Source: an uncultured Dehalococcoidia bacterium
GTDB lineage: Bacteria; Chloroflexota; Dehalococcoidia; Lucifugimonadales; UBA3495
Direction: 5' to 3'
NCBI GenBank assembly: GCA_950072105.1
Contig: CATMOE010000088.1
Span: forward strand, 1 to 11,372
DNA: 11,372 bases
Part shown: one piece after another, positions 7,127-11,372 of the stretch
Layout: each line of letters begins with the position of its first letter
Position numbering within the stretch: the first letter of the stretch is position 1
The notes under the pieces: generated by a model
Told to the model about the DNA's origin: nothing
What the model saw: only the letters and a program-made list of their open reading frames with translations
Database searches by the model: none
Translations under genes and position numbers: made by a program

Positions 7127-7996
7127 ATGCTAGTCGAATTGGTCAGTCTGTTAAATGATGACGGCCTCCGCTTGGACGGCGCGTTTTATGCGCCCACCGG
7201 GGATGGGGATCGGGCCGGGCCGGTGGATGCGGTGCTGTTGATACACGGTTCCAGGGGGAACTTCTATGACGGCGCGACCAAGTCGATGGCCCAGGACCTT
7301 AGCGCCCAGGGTTACGCCTGTTTGCCGCTGAACACCAACGCCCATGACACCGCCTGGTACAACCCAGGTGGCCAGAACTTTAAAGGCAACGCCTTCGAGG
7401 TGTTGGCCCACACCTGCATCGACCTTCGGGCAGGCATCGATCACTTGACCGAAAGAGGTTACCGGAGGATCGGCCTTCTGGGTCATAGCATGGGCGCAGT
7501 GCGGGTCGCTTACTACGCCGCCACCCAGGACGACGGCCGGGTGGCCACCGTCGTGCCGGTCTCACCGGTGCGTCTGTCCTACTCCTATTTCATGGAGTCC
7601 GAGGACTCGGAGGAGTTTGCCGCCAATATCGAAATCGCGCGCCGGCTGATTGCCGAGGGCGACCCGGAAGGCGTATTTAGAGTCGAGCACCCCATCCCCC
7701 AATTGTTCAGCGCCGCTTCCTTTCTGGATAAACACGGGCCCGAGGAGAAATACAATCTGATTAACCACGCCCACGGAATCCGGGTGCCGATGCTGACCTT
7801 GAACGGGTCTCGGGAGACCCATAGCCGGCTGCGGGACATGGCTCAGGACCTAGCGGCGGCAGCTGTCAATAGCCCGAAGGCCGAGACCCTGATGGTGGAG
7901 GAAGGAGAGCATTCCCTGGTGAACCGGACCACAGAAGCTTCGGATGCCGTGCTTAAGTGGCTGGCTGCGCTCACGCCCGAAAAGGCCCGGGTCTAG
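7127..7996 (+). CDS. Alpha/beta fold hydrolase
   Basis: LLIHGSRG oxyanion region, nucleophile elbow GHSMG, C-terminal EGEH (His). A TATAAT lies at 7003-7008 upstream. Confidence 0.88.
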   Translation: MLVELVSLLNDDGLRLDGAFYAPTGDGDRAGPVDAVLLIHGSRGNFYDGATKSMAQDLSAQGYACLPLNTNAHDTAWYNPGGQNFKGNAFEVLAHTCIDLRAGIDHLTERGYRRIGLLGHSMGAVRVAYYAATQDDGRVATVVPVSPVRLSYSYFMESEDSEEFAANIEIARRLIAEGDPEGVFRVEHPIPQLFSAASFLDKHGPEEKYNLINHAHGIRVPMLTLNGSRETHSRLRDMAQDLAAAAVNSPKAETLMVEEGEHSLVNRTTEASDAVLKWLAALTPEKARV

Positions 7997-8105
7997 CCCC
8001 TCTGGCCCGGGTGCTGTCGGTAAACGCCTTCATCTACCATAGCTTGCTGCCTCAGGAAATGAAGGCGAGGGGCCAGCTGGAGTTCCCCGTTTAAGAGGAG
8101 GAGAC

Positions 8106-8903
8106 GTGGCATCGAATGAGAGCAGAGAGCAGAATGCTGCCCAGTTTTTATTCCAGGCGCATGATGCCCGAGAGCCTTATCATCCGATTCCGGAGCAATT
8201 CGCTCCCAGAACCATCACGGAAGCCTATGCCATGCAGGATGCCTATCATGAGTTGATAACCAGCAGCCGGGGACCCATCGTCGGCTACAAAGTTGCTCTG
8301 ACCACACCGGTTATGCAGCGAATGGTCGGATTCAATGAGCCCTGCGCAGGCGCAGTCTTTGCCAACGGTGTCCACCAATCGCCCGCGTCCATTAGAGGTG
8401 CCGCCTATGTCCACCTGGGTGCGGAGTGCGAGGTTGCGGTGCTCTTAAACCGGGACATGCCAGCCGAATCGGCTCCTTATGACCGTGCCAGTGCAGGCGA
8501 GGCAGTGGGGGCCTTGATGCCAGCTTTCGAGTTGGTGGATGATAGGGGCGCAGATTATTCGGACCTGTTTTTCTTAGGGGTTGTGGCTGACAACACCTGG
8601 AATGCGGGCGTGGTGCTGGGGCCCCAGGTCACTGCCTGGCGCAATATCGACCTCGCAGCAACTCGTGGTGCAATGATCATCAACGGCCAGCGGGCAGGTG
8701 AAGGGAAAGGTGGTGATGTGATGGGACATCCCTTGGAGGCGCTGGCATGGCTGGCCAACACGCTGGCGGCCCGGGGAAAGAGCCTGTCACAGGGAATGAT
8801 CGTGATGACCGGCAGCATCGTCAGCACCAAATTCCTTAATACCGGTGATACCGCTACCGTTTCGATTGATGGCTTGGGAGAAGCCAGGCTGACAGTGACG
8901 TAG
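8106..8903 (+). CDS. 2-keto-4-pentenoate hydratase-like protein (fumarylacetoacetate hydrolase family, MhpD/HpcG-like)
   Basis: EAYAMQ, GYKVALT, AECEVA, PAFELVDDR, VADN, VMGHPLEALAWLAN, IVMTGS. GTG start with a GAGGAGG RBS. Confidence 0.9.
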   Translation: MASNESREQNAAQFLFQAHDAREPYHPIPEQFAPRTITEAYAMQDAYHELITSSRGPIVGYKVALTTPVMQRMVGFNEPCAGAVFANGVHQSPASIRGAAYVHLGAECEVAVLLNRDMPAESAPYDRASAGEAVGALMPAFELVDDRGADYSDLFFLGVVADNTWNAGVVLGPQVTAWRNIDLAATRGAMIINGQRAGEGKGGDVMGHPLEALAWLANTLAARGKSLSQGMIVMTGSIVSTKFLNTGDTATVSIDGLGEARLTVT

Positions 8904-8973
8904 CCGCTACACAATCAGCATCGCGCCCCCACCGAATATGGACCCGGTTCCACCGCGCTGTAACACCAATCCA

Positions 8974-9038
8974 TGGGTCCCATACCAGGTGGGTGTACTG
9001 GTCGGGTAGTGGGGGTGCTAGCGACAGCCTAGGCTTTT
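8974..9038 (+). repeat. Dispersed G-rich repeat, copy 4 (subfamily B)
   Basis: TGGGTCCCATACCAGGTGGGTGTACTGGTCGGGTAGTGGGGGTGCTAGCGACAGC (8974-9028) is 48/55 identical to 10624-10678 and shares GTACTGGT…GGGGGTGCTA.CGACAGC with copy 1. Confidence 0.92.
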
Positions 9039-9234
9039 TGCCCGGCGGCATAGATGACAGAACCCGCCACATTTGATGGGCCCCTTCTTTTGCGCCGCAT
9101 CCTGGGCCTTGAAGGGCAAATGGATTTGCTCCTTTTTGCCGGAAGTAGTAAAAAGGTATGCAAGGTCATGCCCGTCCACGTTGTCCCCGACGACCTGATT
9201 TCACGATTCACCATGCCGAAGGAGTCCTTCTCGA

Positions 9235-10554
9235 TTGAACTCGGTCCGGTGGCGTAACAAGCTGGCTGACTCCCTGCCCTTCTATTACGGGTGGGCGATC
9301 TTCGCCAGCACGGTGTCGGTCAGTTTGTCCTCCCGTACCATCATGGCGGTGGCCACCCTCTCGGTGTTCGTCGTCCCGATGACCGAGGACCTGGGTTGGA
9401 GCAGAGGATTATTCTCCGGCGCAATCAGCCTGGGCGGCCTTTGTGCCGTGTTTATCTCCCCCCTGGTGGGCAAGTGGGTGGACCGGTACGGGTCTGGATT
9501 GTTGCTCTCCGTGTCGTCTGCTCTGACCGGTCTTCTGGCCGTCGGACTGGCTTTAGTGGGCAACCCGGCAGCCTTCTACGCTTTATACGTCCCGGGACGG
9601 CTGCTTTTCTCGGGTCCTTTGGAGCTGGGCATCCAAACGACGATAAGCAACTGGTTCATCCGCCGGCGCCCCTTGGGACTGGCCGCCGACACCGTTGCCA
9701 AGGGCGCAGGACTAACCATGGTGCCTTTGCTAGCTCAGTTCATTATCACAGGCTCGGATTGGCGTACAGCATGGTTTACGTTGGGGATATTGGCCTTTGC
9801 ATTGGGGGTCGTTCCTCCGGTTCTGTTCATGGCCAGGCGCCCCGAAGACATGGGGCTGGAACCGGATCCGATTCCCCAAGACCAGTTGGGATCTGAACCT
9901 ATCACTTCGGGAAGTGAGTCAGGGTCAAAGACCGCTGGCATAGAGTCTGCCTTTACTGTGGGTCAGGCGTTCCGGACCCGGGCGTTCTGGTTGCTTGCGG
10001 CGTTCAGTATGGCGGGATACATGGTGCAGGGGGGGACAAGTCTCCACCAAGTCGCCCACTACATCGACCAGGGTTTGTCCGGACCCTCGGCGGCTCTGAC
10101 CGCCAGCGCCTTCGCCTTCTCTCAGATATTGAGCGGCATTTTTTTGGCGGTGTTGGGGAGGAGAGTCCCCGTAAGATTTCTGTTGTCGGCGGCAGCCTTC
10201 GTCATGGCGATGGCGGTCTTCGGTAGTTCGATGAGCACATCTCTGCCTCCAGCGCTGATTTCGGCTGCCACTATTGGATTCGGGGCGGGCGCCTTGCATC
10301 TGTTGCTAAGGCTTGCCTGGGCCGACTACTACGGGAGAGAGCATCTGGGGACGATACGGGGTTTCACCATGTCAGCCCAGATCGGGGGCCAGGCTGCGGG
10401 CCTGGTGGTTGCCGGGTTCTTGTTCGATGCCACCGGGTCCTATCAATTGCCCATCATGGTGTTTACCGGCTCAGCGGCGTTGGCCGGGTTGTTGGCTTTG
10501 TTCGCCACCCCACCCAGACTCCGGGTTCCGCAAGCGCATCCTGCTTCGGGCTGA
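9235..10554 (+). CDS. MFS transporter (OFA/MCT-like)
   Basis: About 12 hydrophobic segments, FYYGW N-terminus, motif A-like GKWVDRYG, NWFIRRR, ADYYGREHLGTIRG, GFLFDATGSY. TTG start with AAGGAG upstream; the start is uncertain. Confidence 0.92.
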   Translation: MNSVRWRNKLADSLPFYYGWAIFASTVSVSLSSRTIMAVATLSVFVVPMTEDLGWSRGLFSGAISLGGLCAVFISPLVGKWVDRYGSGLLLSVSSALTGLLAVGLALVGNPAAFYALYVPGRLLFSGPLELGIQTTISNWFIRRRPLGLAADTVAKGAGLTMVPLLAQFIITGSDWRTAWFTLGILAFALGVVPPVLFMARRPEDMGLEPDPIPQDQLGSEPITSGSESGSKTAGIESAFTVGQAFRTRAFWLLAAFSMAGYMVQGGTSLHQVAHYIDQGLSGPSAALTASAFAFSQILSGIFLAVLGRRVPVRFLLSAAAFVMAMAVFGSSMSTSLPPALISAATIGFGAGALHLLLRLAWADYYGREHLGTIRGFTMSAQIGGQAAGLVVAGFLFDATGSYQLPIMVFTGSAALAGLLALFATPPRLRVPQAHPASG

Positions 10555-10623
10555 CGCCCCGTACTCAGAAAGTTCAACTGGCCAGCAGCTCCTTCAGGCC
10601 GCCGCCGATTGGGGGGTACCCCG

Positions 10624-10678
10624 TGGGTCCCATACCGGGCGGGGGTACTGGTTGGGCAGTGGGGGCGTTAGCGACAGC
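10624..10678 (+). repeat. Dispersed G-rich repeat, copy 5 (subfamily B)
   Basis: TGGGTCCCATACCGGGCGGGGGTACTGGTTGGGCAGTGGGGGCGTTAGCGACAGC. It is preceded by GGGGTACCCC, similar to GGGGTAACCC before copy 2. Confidence 0.92.
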
Positions 10679-10827
10679 ATCCGTTAGAATCCGCATCCAG
10701 TTGCTATCAAGGTATTTCGGTTAATGCGAGCTAGATGCTTGTAACTTTCCGTATAGATTGCTATGTAACGGTGTTGCGAATTAGATCAATTAGGCACACT
10801 TTCAGATTGGTGAAAATAATGATTCGC

Positions 10828-11019
10828 TCAACTCCGCCCAAATTCCTTCAGTAGATTGGAAATCGCCTGCGGCCTTCCTTGAATGACTTCAGGATTGACC
10901 GGACCACTTGGCTGCCGCGGACCTCGTATGTCTGGAACGGTTTTCACGCAAACCAAGACCAGCCTCGGCTTTTTTAAAACTTCTTCGGCCTCATTGTCAA
11001 AATCCTCCAACTCATCGAA
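10828..11019 (-). pseudogene. C-terminal gene fragment, possibly from a thiamine-pyrophosphate enzyme (ComE/decarboxylase-beta-like)
   Basis: *FDELEDFDNEAEEVLKKPRLVLVCVKTVP… resembles the final helix and strand of TPP C-terminal domains. An in-frame TAG at 11020-11022 precedes it and there is no GDG motif. Confidence 0.35.
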
Positions 11020-11149
11020 CTAAGTGACCCTGATTCCTTATTCTCAATCACGGGCCAAATCCCGTGTACACGCCTACATGCATAATCGGAGCTCCATAAC
11101 TAATGTGTACAATAGGGAGGGCAGACGGAGCACAACAATGGAAGGATGA

Positions 11150-11372
<223 letters not shown>

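Noticed and set aside
9054..9257. 67-aa ORF between repeat copy 4 and the MFS gene
   Set aside because: No recognisable motif or RBS. It overlaps the repeat-associated block and an inverted repeat (9131-9156), so it is more likely the MFS promoter region.
1582..10678. Repeat family as a CRISPR array
   Set aside because: Copies are 1.2-3.9 kb apart, separated by whole genes and diverged from each other; no cas genes are present.
1582..10678. Repeat family as classical integron attC sites
   Set aside because: No RYYYAAC…GTTRRRY bounded long palindrome; only copy 5 has GTTAG. Modules are multigenic, of mixed orientation and have their own promoters.
2078..10687. Many overlapping ORFs in the track (e.g. 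2911-3324, 3311-4054, 4592-5281, 9291-9896, 9925-10299)
   Set aside because: Antisense or alternate-frame shadows of well-supported genes in GC-rich DNA, with no recognisable motifs.

Overview
GC-rich bacterial accessory region; gene content and style suggest Chloroflexota/Dehalococcoidia (SAR202-like), which is an inference. From left to right: the 3' end of a small Lys-rich ORF; a 3'-truncated ISNCY/IS1202-type DDE transposase with an intact left end; a resolvase-type HTH remnant; three minus-strand genes (epoxide hydrolase, LLM-class oxidoreductase, NAD-dependent epimerase/dehydratase); a Pro/Thr-linker trypsin-like lipoprotein protease; an alpha/beta hydrolase; a 2-keto-4-pentenoate hydratase-like protein; an MFS transporter; a gene fragment; and the 5' end of a Baeyer-Villiger monooxygenase that the ORF track misses. 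The main unexplained signal is a G-rich non-coding element of about 50-55 bp (invariant core GTACTGGT). It occurs five times, always intergenic and in the same orientation (about 1582, 5501, 6750, 8974, 10624), and divides the window into gene modules of 1.2-3.9 kb. The copies form two subfamilies and share a predicted hairpin. On the minus strand they read like degenerate tRNA 3' ends (…ACCA). Pairs of copies share longer flanks, and several sit next to gene debris. The working hypothesis is a tandem cassette or island array joined at att-like sites, with no recombinase in the window.
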